Assembly (NCBI GenBank): GCA_032718475.1
Contig: JAUCBJ010000877.1
Span: 62,001 to 126,000 of the forward strand
Direction of reading: 5' to 3'
Length of the DNA stretch: 64,000 nt
Source: Nemertoderma westbladi
Taxonomy: Eukaryota > Animalia > Xenacoelomorpha
Of the stretch, positions 1 through 13,290 are shown piece after piece. Position 1 is the first letter of the stretch, and each line of letters begins with the position of its first letter. The notes under the pieces are model-generated. The model worked only from the letters and a program-made list of their open reading frames with translations. It was not told the DNA's origin and ran no database searches. The translations under genes were made by a program, and so were the position numbers.

Positions 1-585
1 GATCTGTCGGCGTAAGCTCAATAGGAAGCTGTTGGTAGATAAATCGTTCACCATATCGAGATGGATAGCTCTACAAGTCATACAAACAAAGATGACATAC
101 CATCTCTTGACTATAGTCCTAGCACGATATACTTCAATAGGGCCAAATAAATCTACACCGGTATTAGTAAAGGGTGGTTCATAGAAGCTTACTCGTTCCC
201 TAGGTAATTCTGCCTCTCGCTGTGTTAAAGGCCTACTGAATGCTTTCCTACAGGATATGCAGTTCCTAAGAACTTGGTTCAGAGCTCTACGGGGTTTATA
301 AAAATAATAGCGATTTCGAATTTCGCTAAGAACTCGTTCTCTACCAGCATGATAAAGTTTGCTGTGAACATCTACAATCATCTTGATTTGTATTTCAAAA
401 TTTCTAATGAGTATGGGAAACTTAGTGTCAAAGGATAATGGAGCATTAGTTAATCTTCCTCCAACACGTATCAACCCATCTATCATTGTGCTAGAGAAAC
501 GATCCCTTAAGCGCATCTGTGGATTTCTCAACAACAGGAAATACTTATCGGAATCCTCATAGCATTGCAGGAGTCTCAGCATCTG
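1..585 (-). pseudogene. BEL/Pao integrase region (truncated by window edge)
   Basis: Manual translation: GLIRVGGRL...HSKLYHAG...CISC...PFTNTGVDLFGP...IFVCMTCRAIHLDMVNDLSTNSF. Frameshifted relative to the RT-RH ORF. Confidence 0.9.
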
Positions 586-2372
586 CTTATTGGTTTCTGA
601 TAACTGATCTTCTCCTTCAGAAACCTGTCGGATATCTTATATTTGGGAAGATCTTTAACAACATGGACCTGCACAGATGTCAGTGGAGCGGTATCACTAT
701 TGGTCTTCGTCCTGGAGTAGTGATGATGAAAACATCGCTTTAAATATGTAACGGCCTTACAGAGCCGATTCCAGGAACTGTAGTGATATATCGCTCTCTG
801 CAGGAGAGGTGAGAGTCCTTGCGAGACGTCTGGTATTACAGATTTCCAATCCTTCTCTCTGATTTCCACAACAGACTTATTTGTGGCTGTGGGTTTCGGA
901 TCCAAAGCGTCGTCTCCGGAAGTGTGTAGTACAGACAGATCTACCACGGGTTTAAATAACTTCGATTTACTCGCCCGAGTTTTAGGTTTGACTTTCTCCG
1001 CTCCCTTGGCCTGTCTAATCTCCGCCGTAGTAAGATGAGGAGGCCATTCATCTTCTTCTTTGCTTAGGAAGTCGGGTCCACCTAACCAGTCTGGAGTATC
1101 TATCAGTTCTTGTGGAGTTGCTCCCCTGGAGGCGATGTCTGCTGGATTAATCGTTCCGGGGCAATGTCTCCATTGATCCATCTTCGTGCGACTAAGTATA
1201 ATGGCTACTCTGTTGGTAACGAAGACACTGAACTGACAGACTTCATTGGTTATATACTCCAACACGAGTAAAGCATCGGTCCAATAGACAGTTTTCTCCA
1301 GTGGATATTCAATCTGTTCTGTTACATTCCGGCCGATGGCTGTAGCGTATAGAGCCGCTTTTAACTCCGCTCGAGGAACTTTCAACTTGTTGTTTATCAA
1401 TGCCTTAGAGGTAACCAAGGCGACTTTGATTCCATCCAGAGTTTCCACTCTCAGGTAGGCTACTATACCTATTCCCATATCGCTGGCGTCTCCAAACACA
1501 TGGAGTTGATAGGAATACGTAGGGAGAACATGACCAAAATATGAACGGGAAATTATAAAGTTCTCGATGGCTGGTAGAGAATCTTCCCATTTCATCCACT
1601 TCTTTAATAGTTCTCCCTTAAGTGGATCGTCCCATGAGTGGTTTTCAAGCCACATTTGTTGTACTAAACTCCGAGCAATCAATATAACTGGGCTAATAAA
1701 TCCCAATGGATCGAAATAAGTGCTCAGGATACTTAAACAAATCCGTTTAGTCCGAACTGGATTATCTCGCTGTTTGAGCTGGAAAAACAGGATATCTCTC
1801 TCTGTGTCCCATTTCAAACCAAGTGTTTTGGTTTCTGGAAGATCGTCTTTGATTAGGTCTAGATCTTTCGCTCCTCGATCTTCTACCGGGATCGATTCCA
1901 GAAATTCACGGGAGTTGCTGGTGAATTTAGTTAATCGAAATCCACCTCTTTTTAAGCACTCTACCGTTCCTTTGGCGACATCAATGGCTTCTTCCACCAA
2001 TGGAAGGGACTTTAAATTGTCGTCCATGTATATATCCCATTTGATGTTGTCGATCACCTCTTTAGAGAAGGCGTCCCGGTTGTCATTAGCAGTGGTGCGC
2101 ACCACTGAGCAGGCGTTCGAAGGGCTTGAGATAATCCCTAAAGCCTGGATGGTCATCCAATACTCCACCGGTTTCTGGTTGAGGTCTCCTTCAGGCCACC
2201 ACAGAAATCGTAGGCTGTCTCGATCCCTATCCAGCGCCTTGACTTGTAAGAACATGCCTTCTATATCGGAGGCGAAAGCGATTGAATATTGTCGTAATCT
2301 TAAGAGTATTCCCAACAAGGATTGGAGTAAGTTGGGTCCTGGTAACAACTCGGAATTAAGGGATTGGCCCAT
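576..2372 (-). CDS. BEL/Pao reverse transcriptase-RNase H segment of pol
   Basis: 598-aa ORF with GPNLL, SDIEGMFLQV, LRFLW, IYMDD, GGFRLTKF, LGLKWD, FDPLG, HVFGDAS, NPADIASRG. Confidence 0.92.
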   Translation of the reverse strand: MGQSLNSELLPGPNLLQSLLGILLRLRQYSIAFASDIEGMFLQVKALDRDRDSLRFLWWPEGDLNQKPVEYWMTIQALGIISSPSNACSVVRTTANDNRDAFSKEVIDNIKWDIYMDDNLKSLPLVEEAIDVAKGTVECLKRGGFRLTKFTSNSREFLESIPVEDRGAKDLDLIKDDLPETKTLGLKWDTERDILFFQLKQRDNPVRTKRICLSILSTYFDPLGFISPVILIARSLVQQMWLENHSWDDPLKGELLKKWMKWEDSLPAIENFIISRSYFGHVLPTYSYQLHVFGDASDMGIGIVAYLRVETLDGIKVALVTSKALINNKLKVPRAELKAALYATAIGRNVTEQIEYPLEKTVYWTDALLVLEYITNEVCQFSVFVTNRVAIILSRTKMDQWRHCPGTINPADIASRGATPQELIDTPDWLGGPDFLSKEEDEWPPHLTTAEIRQAKGAEKVKPKTRASKSKLFKPVVDLSVLHTSGDDALDPKPTATNKSVVEIREKDWKSVIPDVSQGLSPLLQRAIYHYSSWNRLCKAVTYLKRCFHHHYSRTKTNSDTAPLTSVQVHVVKDLPKYKISDRFLKEKISYQKPISRC

Positions 2373-2432
2373 GTAGAGGGCGGAGCCATCAAATACTACC
2401 CGAACTTCATTGGATTTACCGGGTTTGGGAAC

Positions 2433-4088
2433 TTAATGATGTGTTAGATAGTACGTTCTCTCAGTTATGGGTGTTTCTTCCGGTACTCGCTCCGCATATC
2501 CCTTGTTAATAAATTTATTAAACTGAGTCTGGTACATTTCTTTAGCTGAAGCATTTGCCGTAAGGCGTCGATGTAGTTGTGCAATTCTTTTCTCCGCCAA
2601 TGGTTGGTTGTTTGTGAATTTTGGTTCTCGCTTTCTGAATGGTAGACCGATTTCATATCTACCTTGATCTTTAAGAAAACGTGTAGTTGTCTCCTGGATC
2701 TGCTTGGCTCTTTCTTCTTCTACCGATAGGGCCTTATCGTAGGAATTGGGCTCTACAGCCTCTTGAGTAAAGAATCGTACGGCGTGTTCATCCCGAGTCT
2801 TCGCGTTATAGCGCTCTATTACGTCATTCAGTTCATCGTTATAGTCGACTTGTCCTGATGGACGAATGAGTTGACATAGGTTCACTTGGTTTTGCCAAGT
2901 CTCGTTTTCCGTAAGGAGGTCGATGGTATTCTCCTCGTCGAAGAGTTGGTGGATATCGTCATTATCTGAGGAGTATGGTGTTCCCTCAGTTGGGTCGTCT
3001 ACCTCACTGCTCTCCGCTTCCCATTCACCTACTTGGTATACCTGTTCTTTTGGTAACCTTTCCATGAGAGTTCTACGGGAAGGGCCAGTAAAGTACCAAC
3101 CTACTCTAGTTCTTCCCGCATAGGCTTGTAGTGGTTGCGGTTGAGCAGGCCGTTTCTCCAATGTCTCAAGCACCTCATGCGCATTTTGGCCGATGAGTAT
3201 TTGCACTCCAGGGTAGTCTGTGTTGAATCTAGGTATCTTAAGCCGCTGGGTGAAATCGTCCTCATCCCAGTTATAAGGTTCTACTTGGCTGGTAGCGAAG
3301 TTCTTTATCGCCACCATTTTTACTGACCTTATACTGTGTTCTCCTAGTTCATCCTGGGGGGTGGACAACGCACCTATATAATAATCTGCTATTACTGTAG
3401 ATTTCCAAACCTGCATAATTTCTGACATGTTTAACTTAGTTCAGAACTTGGGTTGTCCAGCAAAGATGTCTTCGGCTAGTTCTTTGTAGATGAATGTTCC
3501 TGTGCTACCGGAGTCAAGGAGGGCGATCACTATATAACTCCTTTCAGGTCCGTGGACCCTCAACTGCACTACGGGAAATTCTCGGATTCCTACATTGGAA
3601 GTTGGTGCTTTCCAAGATGGTTGTCGGTCAGAAGTAGTTAGGGGGAGCTCGCTGTCGGTGTCCTTTTAATACGTATGTGCTCGATACACTGCGGTATTTA
3701 TCAGGTAACAGGATTCATTTTCGTCGGAGAATTCGTCCGTATAGAATCCTTCCATCTCAGAACTTTGGTCAGTGTCGTTCACATCACTGAATTGGACATG
3801 TAGTTCGGACTCACTTACCTGACTCGAGCTGTTTCATTCGAATTCAGTGTGCAACAAGATATGATGTTTTGTGCCGCACTTCGCACACCTTGCGTCGGAG
3901 TAACAGGTTCGCCGTTGGTGTCCTTGTCTGAGGCAATTATAACACAACCGCTTATCCCACATGACTTCCCGTCTATCCATTAATGATTTCTTTAGGAATT
4001 CATCACACACATTCAAACGGTGGGGCCCATCACACAGCGCACATTTCGGTTTGATGTTATTTACCTTATTTTGAGTAACGTTGTGCAC
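2433..4088 (-). pseudogene. BEL/Pao zinc knuckles, aspartic protease and PR-RT linker
   Basis: CALCDGPHRLNVC, CYNCLRQGHQRRTC, CAKCGTKHHILLH in ORF 3834-4088; VIALLDSGSTGTFI near 3490-3530; GRYEIGLPF...GYAE...YYLTHH in ORF 2433-3428; broken by stops. Confidence 0.88.
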
Positions 4089-4187
4089 ACTCGTTCTTTC
4101 TTCGGGCTTTCTTACATGAATTCTCTTAGGAGACGTAGGAGGAGTTTTTCTTACCTGTTCTCTCCTGTCATTGGTTCGAGACTTGAA

Positions 4188-7100
4188 TTAACTTACGTCT
4201 TTAGGCGTTTTGTTGACATAATAAGATCTTTCAGTGTCTTTCCCGCTGTCCTCTTCTTGAGAAGCCTGGCTTTCGCCGTCGTCGGTATAACACACTGGTG
4301 TTACCTTTCTCCTAGAAACGGGTTTCTCACTTACCTTGTTTTCCGGTGTCTTCACTCTGGACTGCTTTAGGAGCTGTAATTTTACTTCTCCATCTAAGAA
4401 TGACATGAGATCAGCCATGGTAGGGTCTCGTCGTTGTTGTTCCATCATATATAACACTTTCTTATCCCAGCGTGTACCTACTCCACCCTTCGGTAAAGTA
4501 GAGGCCACGGCTCCAATAACCATAGAACTCTGATATTCATGAGACTTACCTAGCCAATCTAATTGTCTACAGATCTCCTGAATCTCATCGGAAAACTCTA
4601 TAATCCCGCTGCTAATGAACTTTCGGGGCGCTACCAATTTTGCATACAAATACCTAGCTATGTTATTCCTATTACCATACCTGATGTTTAGGGTATCCCA
4701 AACTTGTCTTAATCCATCTGATTGTCCAATAAACTTTAACGCCATTAACTTGGGAGATCCTTCCAAGCACTCGATGAGGAATCTAAGTTTCTCTCCGTTA
4801 GATAACACAGAGTTCTGTATGTTATCCTTGTAATATTCATTAAAAGGTAACCATTTCATCTCATCTCCATTAAACTTGACGATCTCTCCCACCTTTACCG
4901 CTTGACGGGCTTCGGTTCTAGCCATTTGATGCGTAAAACTTTCTTGGGCCATCGTATTATTTAATATCGAGTTATCGGTATATAAATTTCTCGGATTATG
5001 ATCAGGTCTATATGGAATATCATTGTCAACAGGTTTATAATTACCCTTAATAGGGTTTACTATAGGAGTTTCTACTTCACTAGCAGTATATATGCATGTA
5101 GGCTCCACACCTTGCGCATGAAATACTTCAGACCTAACAGGTTGACACATTGTTACCGGGGTTGGTGGTATACCTCTTTGGGTATTTACTAATTTATCGC
5201 GTTCTAACGCGATACTCTGCTGCACTTCTTGTAACTCTAACCTACTTTCTCTTACCGTGCCCTTGAACTGCTGAACAGTTCCTTCCATCTCCCGGACCTG
5301 CTGAGAGGAGCACTTACGGTGTTCCCTCAACTGCCCGAGCAGGAGACCCATCTCCCGTCGTCCCTCAGCTACCCACTCGACTGCCGAAGCGGGAGTTGCC
5401 AATGTAGTAGCGGGCGAGCGAGAGACGACGGGCGATAAGTTCTTGATATCTCGCTCGGCGTCCAGGACGGGTTCGGACTCGGGAACAGTCCTACTGGGCA
5501 CAGGTAGTTTAGTACTGTGCAAAGGGAATTTAGAGGTAGGTTCTGGGAGTACAGGTGTCTCTATCACCGAAGGGGTGGCTTCGAGAACAGGCCTAATTAT
5601 TTCAGGCTCATCTACTATAGTAGGGAGTCTTTCTATTTTAATAATTTGGTCTATGGGTTCTGTACTACCTAAGTCTGTGCTAGCTAATTGCCTTCTAACA
5701 GCTGGGGGCAAATCAGGCAATTTCTGACGGTGAGGCATTCTTCTACGTCTGCTTAGACGAGATCTATTTCCTCCGCCTTCAGGATCGGTGGTATCGCCTT
5801 CATCAGATGATGTAAATCCCTGTCTTTTGGGGGTAGATCGACTCATCATCTGCATTTGACTAGCTGTTAACTGTTTATTTATGCAGTCTTGATTCTCTTG
5901 AATAGTTTCCAACTCTAGTTGGGTGGTCTCTTCAGACGCTCTCCATTCTGCTTCTGCCACTGCCATCTTTCTTTCCGCTTCTGCCGCTTTTCTTTCCGCT
6001 TCTGCCGCTTTTCTTTCCACTTCTGCCGCTGCCTCTACCGCTTTTCTTTCCACTTCAGCCGCTTTTCTTTCCGCTTCCGCCGCTTTTCTTTCCGCTTCTG
6101 CCGCTGCCACTGCCGCTGCTGCTGTCTTTCTGTCTTCTATACGTTTTTTCTTTACTTGTTCTTCTTGGACCCTAGCGATGCGGAGACGTTCATCAAATTT
6201 AGCTTGGTTCGCAGCTAACATTTCCGCATCTATTGCGTCCAACACAAACTTGGCTCCTTCACTATTAGGACGAAGTCCAGCCAGCCTTCTCCTCAACTCT
6301 TCATCACCTAGAAATCGTTGATAGTCTGACAGATAGATGTCAATAGCGTCCCTCGTCTGCGGTTTCTCTGCTGTCGCTTCGCTTTCCACTTGAGACAAGG
6401 TAGCGTCTGTTGATTCTCCATGGGTTGAGCGCTCAGCCAGCTGAACTTTCCACTGGGCCATTCCTTGAACCTGGAGACTCACCCGCTGGAACCAAGTCTT
6501 TACAGCAACTTGCAACGACGTGTCTTGTCTTCTTTTCGAAGCTTCCTCAAAGGCCGATAGGATTAGTCTGATTCTTAGAATTCTTTCTCGAACTTGATAA
6601 AGCAGCTCTCCCTGCTCTTGAGGTCCTTGGGGTTGTCGAAACAGTTGTTCCTCTAATCGCTCCAAAGAGCCGAAGAATCCCTGTACGTATCCTGCTGCCG
6701 ACCTCTTTCATACAGCTGGATCACTGGTGTCTTTTGTAACTTCAATCCTGTGTATGTCTTCCCAGGCAGCTTCCGATAAGTCAAACGGGAGTCCGGGTCC
6801 GGGGAAGTTCCATTGCGACTCGACAATAGACTTCAGTTCCTCCCTTGTGTATCCCGCATAACTATCCTTGGTCGATCGCTTACTTCTCGCCCAATCAATT
6901 TGGTGTTCCTCCACCGCAATCAATACCCTAGTGAGTACGGCTGCAGGAAGGATGAGAAGGGGGTCTGAATAAACCGCATCTGCCATCTTAGCTCCGCGCT
7001 CGGGTGTCAGCTCTACAGTATCCGCACTACTGCAGCTGTCGGGTCGCTGAGAAATAAGTTCTCGGCTCGAGTGTTGCTGCTGTTCCGCTGCTTCTTGGTC

Positions 7101-7301
7101 TCATTTGACTTGAGCTCGAGTGCCTATGATAGACCTACGGTGTTGGACTACCCTAGGGTCTGATACTACTACTGGAGGGATGATCTTTCTTACAGTAGGA
7201 GGTGAGTTGAACTTCGGTCTCACACGTTCCACACTCCTATCTGGGTCACAGATGGTTGTATCTAGGAGACTGTCTGACAGGTTTTGCTTTGTGTCAGATA
7301 T
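4188..7301 (-). pseudogene. BEL/Pao gag with long coiled-coil/low-complexity N-terminus
   Basis: ORFs 4188-6665 and 6708-6986 are in frame across one stop. Coding-like frame extends to about 7301. Capsid-like region KFNGD..W.PF...EKLRFL...LNIRYG. AAEAERK repeats at about 5940-6125. Confidence 0.8.
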
Positions 7302-7437
7302 GTTTGTTTGTACAGTTGAATGCCTACTGCTATATTACAGTTAAAGCTAGTCTAGTAATTCAGTATCACTGTTAGCCTAGTAATTAATTACCGATATCGT
7401 TACTCTATGTAATGTGATATATATACAATATATTAGA

Positions 7438-7810
7438 GTACCGGTATATACTTATAGTATATATAAGTATTATTACAGACTAGGTTTGTCACAGAATACC
7501 GGTATATAATTCCAGCGCAAATATATAAATATATAATAAGCCTATCGTGAATACCGGTATACAGCTTACACTTATAGTATATATAAGTATAATTACAGAC
7601 TAGAATTAATTACAGAATACCGGTATATAATTTCAGCGCAAATATATAAATATATAATAAGCCTATCGTGAATACCGGTATACAGCTTACACTTATAGTA
7701 TATATATAAGTATAATTACAGACTAGAATTAATTACAGAATACCGGTATATAATTTCAGCTCAAATTTATAGAAATAAATATAATAAGCCTATTGTAAAT
7801 ACCGGTATGT
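7438..7810. repeat. ~120-bp AT-rich tandem repeat (about 3 copies) in the BEL 5' leader
   Basis: Unit taccggtatacagcttacacttatagtatatataagtataattacagactag...aagcctatcgtgaa recurs at about 7438, 7553 and 7673. Confidence 0.85.
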
Positions 7811-9390
7811 CAATTATTTTAGAATAATTGAATTTCTGAATTTTAGGGGTTACTTGGTTACTTTACTTTACCTTATTACCGTTATTTAAGCAGTAGTCCA
7901 ACTGATATTAAGACCTAATTGTTGTATGACAGGCCTAATATTTTATAAATCGGTTTGAGTTGATTTATAATATATATATACCCGTTTAATGGGTTTTGTC
8001 AATATTTGAAATAAATGTTATTATTTCTGGGAAGGAGTCACTGCACAGAAGCTGTAAGCTCTCAGTGAAGCTCTACTTGTTGGACACTAAAACAAATAAT
8101 TCTAATTTGCCTAAGTTACATAATACTACAAATTACGTACAATTCGGGGTGAGATTACAATCTCTAAATAAACACAAAAATTATACGTACGAATTTTTAG
8201 GGTAATTTTACAAGAAGTTTACAAACCAGCCTAACAAAGGGTTAGAATATCTGGTTATTACAAACAGACAGGATACTACGGTATTTGAAAATAACAAAGG
8301 AGTAGTAAATATACTGCGTTGTCCAGATAGGAAAAATACCACCGTCTGACGACTTATAGCCGTATCGCTATAAGTACTACGTTATGTATCACGGAGTGTT
8401 TCTACCTAGAAGTTAATTACCGCAGCCTACCAGAGCCAACGTGCCTATTAACCACTTTACAACACAAATATACTGCCTACACACTAATAAAGCACTGTAC
8501 ACTAAACCCTAAATTAGGTACAAGTACTTATACAACAAATAATCAGCAGTTAAAAATACTTGTACAGCTAAAAGAACCACGGTATCTGCCGGAGTGACCA
8601 AAGCATATAATCTCCAGTCTTTACCTACGCCAAACAGCCCTGATGTAGTACCGAGGTTAATTTAACTATAACGGTATGTATAACAAGTACAATTACTGTA
8701 GGAATAAACTTGGGGGTATGAATGTTGCGAATAATCTCATAAACTCTGAATAATAAATATTACGCTACTCTTACAGACTACACAAACAAAATCCAAACCA
8801 AATGCTGGCAGACTACTATCAAGCCTAAACAAATTACAGTATATGCAGACTCTGAAATGGTTAGTTAGTATGCGTTCTAACCGAGTAGTACAACTTATTC
8901 TTTCAGGGGGATTTACCTTACAGCACTGGATGCCACCCACTTTCCTAACTAGTACTTTATCGGACATACACTCTACACACACTGCAATCCCTTCAGACTT
9001 AACAACAGTCAGACAACAGTCTAGCCTACAAATTATCTGTACAATCTGAGCAGGCTTACACGCCTTCTGCTCAATATCAACTTACAAATAAATAAAACTG
9101 ACAGAAATAAGTAAAATCCCAATAAAAAACCAGGGCTGCAGTCCCCGATTAAATATCAAGACCTACCGGTATATAATTATCAAAAATCGAATAATACTGC
9201 TGTACCTGTACTGCTGTAAGTACCGGTCCGGGTGGTTAGGTAGTCAGGCCTACTGGTTACTGGTCGACTGGTACTTTTGCCCTTTATTGCCTACGTGCAA
9301 TAAAGAAGCTATAACTGTTATTGTTCTTACCAGAACAATAGTAAACTGTATTTATTGCCTACACTGCAATAAAGATCCGATAACTGTTAT

Positions 9391-10530
9391 TGTTCGCGCT
9401 TTCAGACCTTTAGCAGTTTAACCTGCCAAATTTAGGTGTCTTATAGGTTATAAAATCGACTTTAGCCTATGACGAGTATTTGATACACTACATTAGCCGA
9501 AGCCAGCCTATGCGCGACCATTCACCCGCTGGATATACACGGGAGACTGGATTCGGGAGCTCTGACCTTATTGCGATGTAGGCCTACTGTATTATTCGAT
9601 TGATCGTTAATATATAATCTCTGACCAATATTATTCACTTTCGGGAAATATTAACAGTTCCTTTAGGACGTGGCGCTCTAAATATGTAAACAGAGTTATG
9701 ACTTACACTAAACACAACGGGATGGCTATTGATTCACGTATAAAGCGCATTCTTTAGGAGATGCTTTGTTATCTATCACACTCATGCACAATACTGCACA
9801 ATGCTGCACACCAATCTGCCAACCTTCACTAATTTTAATCACATATAAAGAGAACAGCAACCGACACATGTAGTGCCTATGAAATAGCATTAGATTCACT
9901 CCAAAACCAATATAATGTAAGTCGCAATTGCTATATGTAACTGGTCTCTCTAACCTTCAGTATATCAAGAAGATTGGGGTTTTCTGATTATTTATCGATA
10001 TTATCCAAATATAACAATATTCCATCAACTGATATAATTAATAATCGACAGTAAATAGCAGTAAAATAATGCGGTGTTTGTATGTGACCAGGTTTGTTAT
10101 GAGTTCGTTAGATAGAATAACAGTTATACGTTTCTATGATCAAAGCCGATCTAATGTTTGGCTAAAGTCTGAAACATAGAATAATTCCACAGCCGGTGTT
10201 CTAGGCTTACGAAAAATACACACTGACTGAATTGCGTGAGTTTCTGTATACAATGTCCAACACAGAGTGAAAACCGCTCTGATTGGTCGACAGAACAAAG
10301 AACGAACAAAGAACAAAGAAAAAGTTACACGTGGACACAGCTGATAGATGTCGTCATCTGAGTTCCGATGTTTAGAGTATTTGAGCTTATTGCGGAGAAA
10401 AATGGCTTTTTATGTCCGCTAAAGCACACATGCAGACATAGCGGGCAAAATCGCTTGTTATGTCCGCTAAAATACCTACTCGGTATATTGCGGAGAAAAA
10501 TAGCTTGTTACATCCGCAAAAGCTTTTACA
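9391..10530 (-). repeat. 5' LTR of BEL family 1 copy A
   Basis: Minus strand reads TGTAAAAGC...GCGCGAACA. Homologous to 21659-22854, 27920-29106 and (inverted) 41923-43007. Contains ~41-bp internal repeats ttgcggagaaaatggcttgttatgtccgctaaa. Confidence 0.92.
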
Positions 10531-10859
10531 GTATACTAAGTACAGGAGTACTTGGATATACCTGTATTGACAATACTCAACTATATGAAGATAGGGTACG
10601 TTTTGACTAAAATACGGCATCTGATGTAACGTTTTGACTAGGCCTATCTGCCAAAAGAACCTCCACTATATATGCCATACATGTAGGCCTACAGTACCAT
10701 ACCTGCACCGGTGCTCACTACAGACTGTGGAGATAGCTACCGGCAAGAGGTGTTTGGTATATAGTTTTAGTCAGTAATGGCATACAGCAACTACTGACTT
10801 TATGATTTCATCAAGTTCATCAAACCAGGCTGACGACTCAGCTGTTTAATTAATTGCAG

Positions 10860-11522
10860 CCGGATAGGATAAATTATTAATTAATTTGGGGAACTTTACT
10901 AATTAGTAAAATCGTTAATTAGTTCGATTCAAAAGATTTTAGAGTAATTATCATTTGTAAAATAGTAAACCGCTTGGTACACCTTGTGAATAAGGATTTG
11001 GGGAGCGGGGGGGGGGGGGGCAAAGCCCCCCCGCCAATTAGGTAATTAAGTAATTAGTTAATTACTAATTAACGGTAGGAGATACGGCATCGGCGCCAGA
11101 GACTTTTTTGTGTAGAATAAAATTCCGAACAACTTTGTGATGTTACGTTTTTTCATAGCTCTTAGTGTTTTCGAGTTACGATGCTAATTAGTTTTCGGCT
11201 AATTAGTACTAATTAACAGTCCTAGGAGGGCCATAGCGATGACTGAACTTTTTTTAGATCTTGCCGAGATGAACAAAAAAAAACACCGTTGCTAGGGGAA
11301 AAACCACATACTTTTCGAGAAAAATCAATTAGAAATCTTTAATCGCTAATTACTAATTAATTAATTAACAGATTTTTGCCAAATATTTCTCTGCTGTGCG
11401 CGCTCGGGACATCTATAAGATCGCGCAAACAGAATCGTTCTAGCTTTCGCCATTCTCCTGGAAAAATCCTTTAAAAATCGACCTAAAAAAGATCAAAGGA
11501 GAGTGCCTACTTGACAAGGGGT
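10860..11522. mobile_element. Probable non-autonomous DNA transposon fragment
   Basis: Non-coding, rich in taattag repeats, poly-G tract, MITE-like composition. No matching TIR partner found in the window. Confidence 0.3.
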
Positions 11523-13290
11523 TCGATATAATGCTATCTTATGAGGTTTTACTTTGGTGTTTATTTTAGTTTGCTAAGTTCCGTTAAAAAGGCTGCATTA
11601 TTTATTCCTCATAAGACTCTGTCGAGCCTTTGGCTCTCCAGTGGCAGCCTATTGCTCCAGCTGATGCGTCCCTTACTGTGTGGTTCTATACTGTTATATT
11701 ATATTCCTGTCAGTTCTATCTTATTATATTAAACAGTTATTAGTTTATGAGACCTTTTACGTTTTATTATACTTGACAGTGTTGTACTGTTTCATGTTTG
11801 GGTATTTCCCTTACATATTCGGTTATTGTATTCGGTTCCATGAAATACATTCAATTCATCTAACCCCTATAGGAAAATGCCAAACCCAATCTGTATTGTT
11901 ACCTACTCATCAGCTGTTTTGAAACACCAATTATCCCCTTCTACCAGGCAGTACTGGTGCATCAACCATTAATGTAAGCTGGGGACAAGGAAACGACTTC
12001 CTATTGGATATTGGGGATTAAGTATTCTTACTGGGCTAATATTGGTAGCATAATACTTCATATATATTAAACATTCATTGGTTTTATTCATAGATAGAAG
12101 TTGTGCAGTTATATTACTTTGTTACTAAAACTAATGGTCTCCCCTAAGGAGCCATTAAATTCACGAGCTGTTGCAAGTTATATATTATTATATATTATTA
12201 TTATACTGTCCTTTTATAAACTCAAGTTATTTGCAACGCTCCGTTGGATAAGATTCCAAATTAGGGGAAAAGACCCCGGATTATGCCCGGTATAGCATAC
12301 AGTGAATTTAATGGGCTACTGGAACAGTGAATTTAACAGTCTCAGTTTTAACAGTTCTCAAGTTTCTCACAATCTGAAGTTCTCCAAGTTTTCAAAGTTC
12401 TCTGAAGTTAACAACATTCTCAAGTGTATCACGCTCTCAAAAGTCTCCAAATTCTCTGAAGTTCATAAAGTTCTCAAGTTTCTCAAGTTCTCAAACTCTC
12501 AAGTTTTCAAACTCTCATCTTCTATCGGAGGCGAAGGAAAACTAACGATAAGTATAACTTTCTGTTTTAATTGTGGTGCAATTATTACAACTGTAGGTTA
12601 TATTTTTCTATGCTTTCCTGACTCTCAACGTCTAGTCTTACCTTTTCCTTCTTTGTCGGTGGGCTCTATTTGAACATGAATCGGTCTCGGGGACCGATGA
12701 CTTGGTAGGGCAGGGACTCTCTCTTGGGCCAGGTTTGAGTTTGCAAGAAGATTTATCGCCACGCGACGTCGGAGGGTGAGAAGGTACTTCTACGTTCACC
12801 CCTGATTTGTAAAGTGTCTCCATTACAAACCAGGTGTATTTTGGGACCGGGGTCAGGTTTGAACCTCGTATTATAATTTATTTCTATTTTTTTTGGTTAT
12901 AATTTGATTTATATCACTTAACATATTATTAGTGAAGGCACCACTGAAGCTAATAAGTAACGTATAAATAGTGATCCATAGTTTTAAATATCCGCGTATA
13001 GCGCCCCATAGAGCCAAATCTAGACTGGTTTGGTTTGATGACTACTAACTTGGTGTCATCTCGATTTATAAGTTAATTATATTTTAATACTACAGGTTAT
13101 TTTTCCTTTATTTACTGTAGGTATTCATTTGTTCTACAGGTTGCCAATTGCAGTGTTAATTTTATACATTTTAGATACCACGGAATATAATTTAAATTTA
13201 ATTTTAAATTTAAATTCGAGAAACATCAAAGTGGACAAATTTTAAATAACTAAGTCAAACTAAGTAAAGAAATATAATTTCAATAAAATA

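Larger units (their letters stand above)
1..10530 (-). mobile_element. BEL/Pao LTR retrotransposon, family 1 copy A (5' LTR, long leader, gag-PR-RT-RH-IN; runs off the window start; decayed)
   Basis: Domain order gag (KFNGDEMKWLPF, KLRFLIECLEG), triple zinc knuckle, protease ALLDSGSTGTFI, RT (LLPGPNL, DIEGMFLQV, YMDD), Pao-type RNase H (LHVFGDAS, VPRAEL, YWTD, NPADIASRG), integrase (GVDLFGP, IHLDMV). Several stops and frameshifts. TG...CA LTR at 9391-10530. Confidence 0.95.

Noticed and set aside
1720-2376. 218-aa plus-strand ORF and other antisense ORFs over gag/pol
   Set aside because: Antisense shadows of the retrotransposon coding sequence; fragmented in copy B.
11540-13290. 5' LTR/PBS of BEL family 2
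   Set aside because: No second LTR copy in the window to define boundaries, and tggtctcccc near 12137 is not a convincing PBS.
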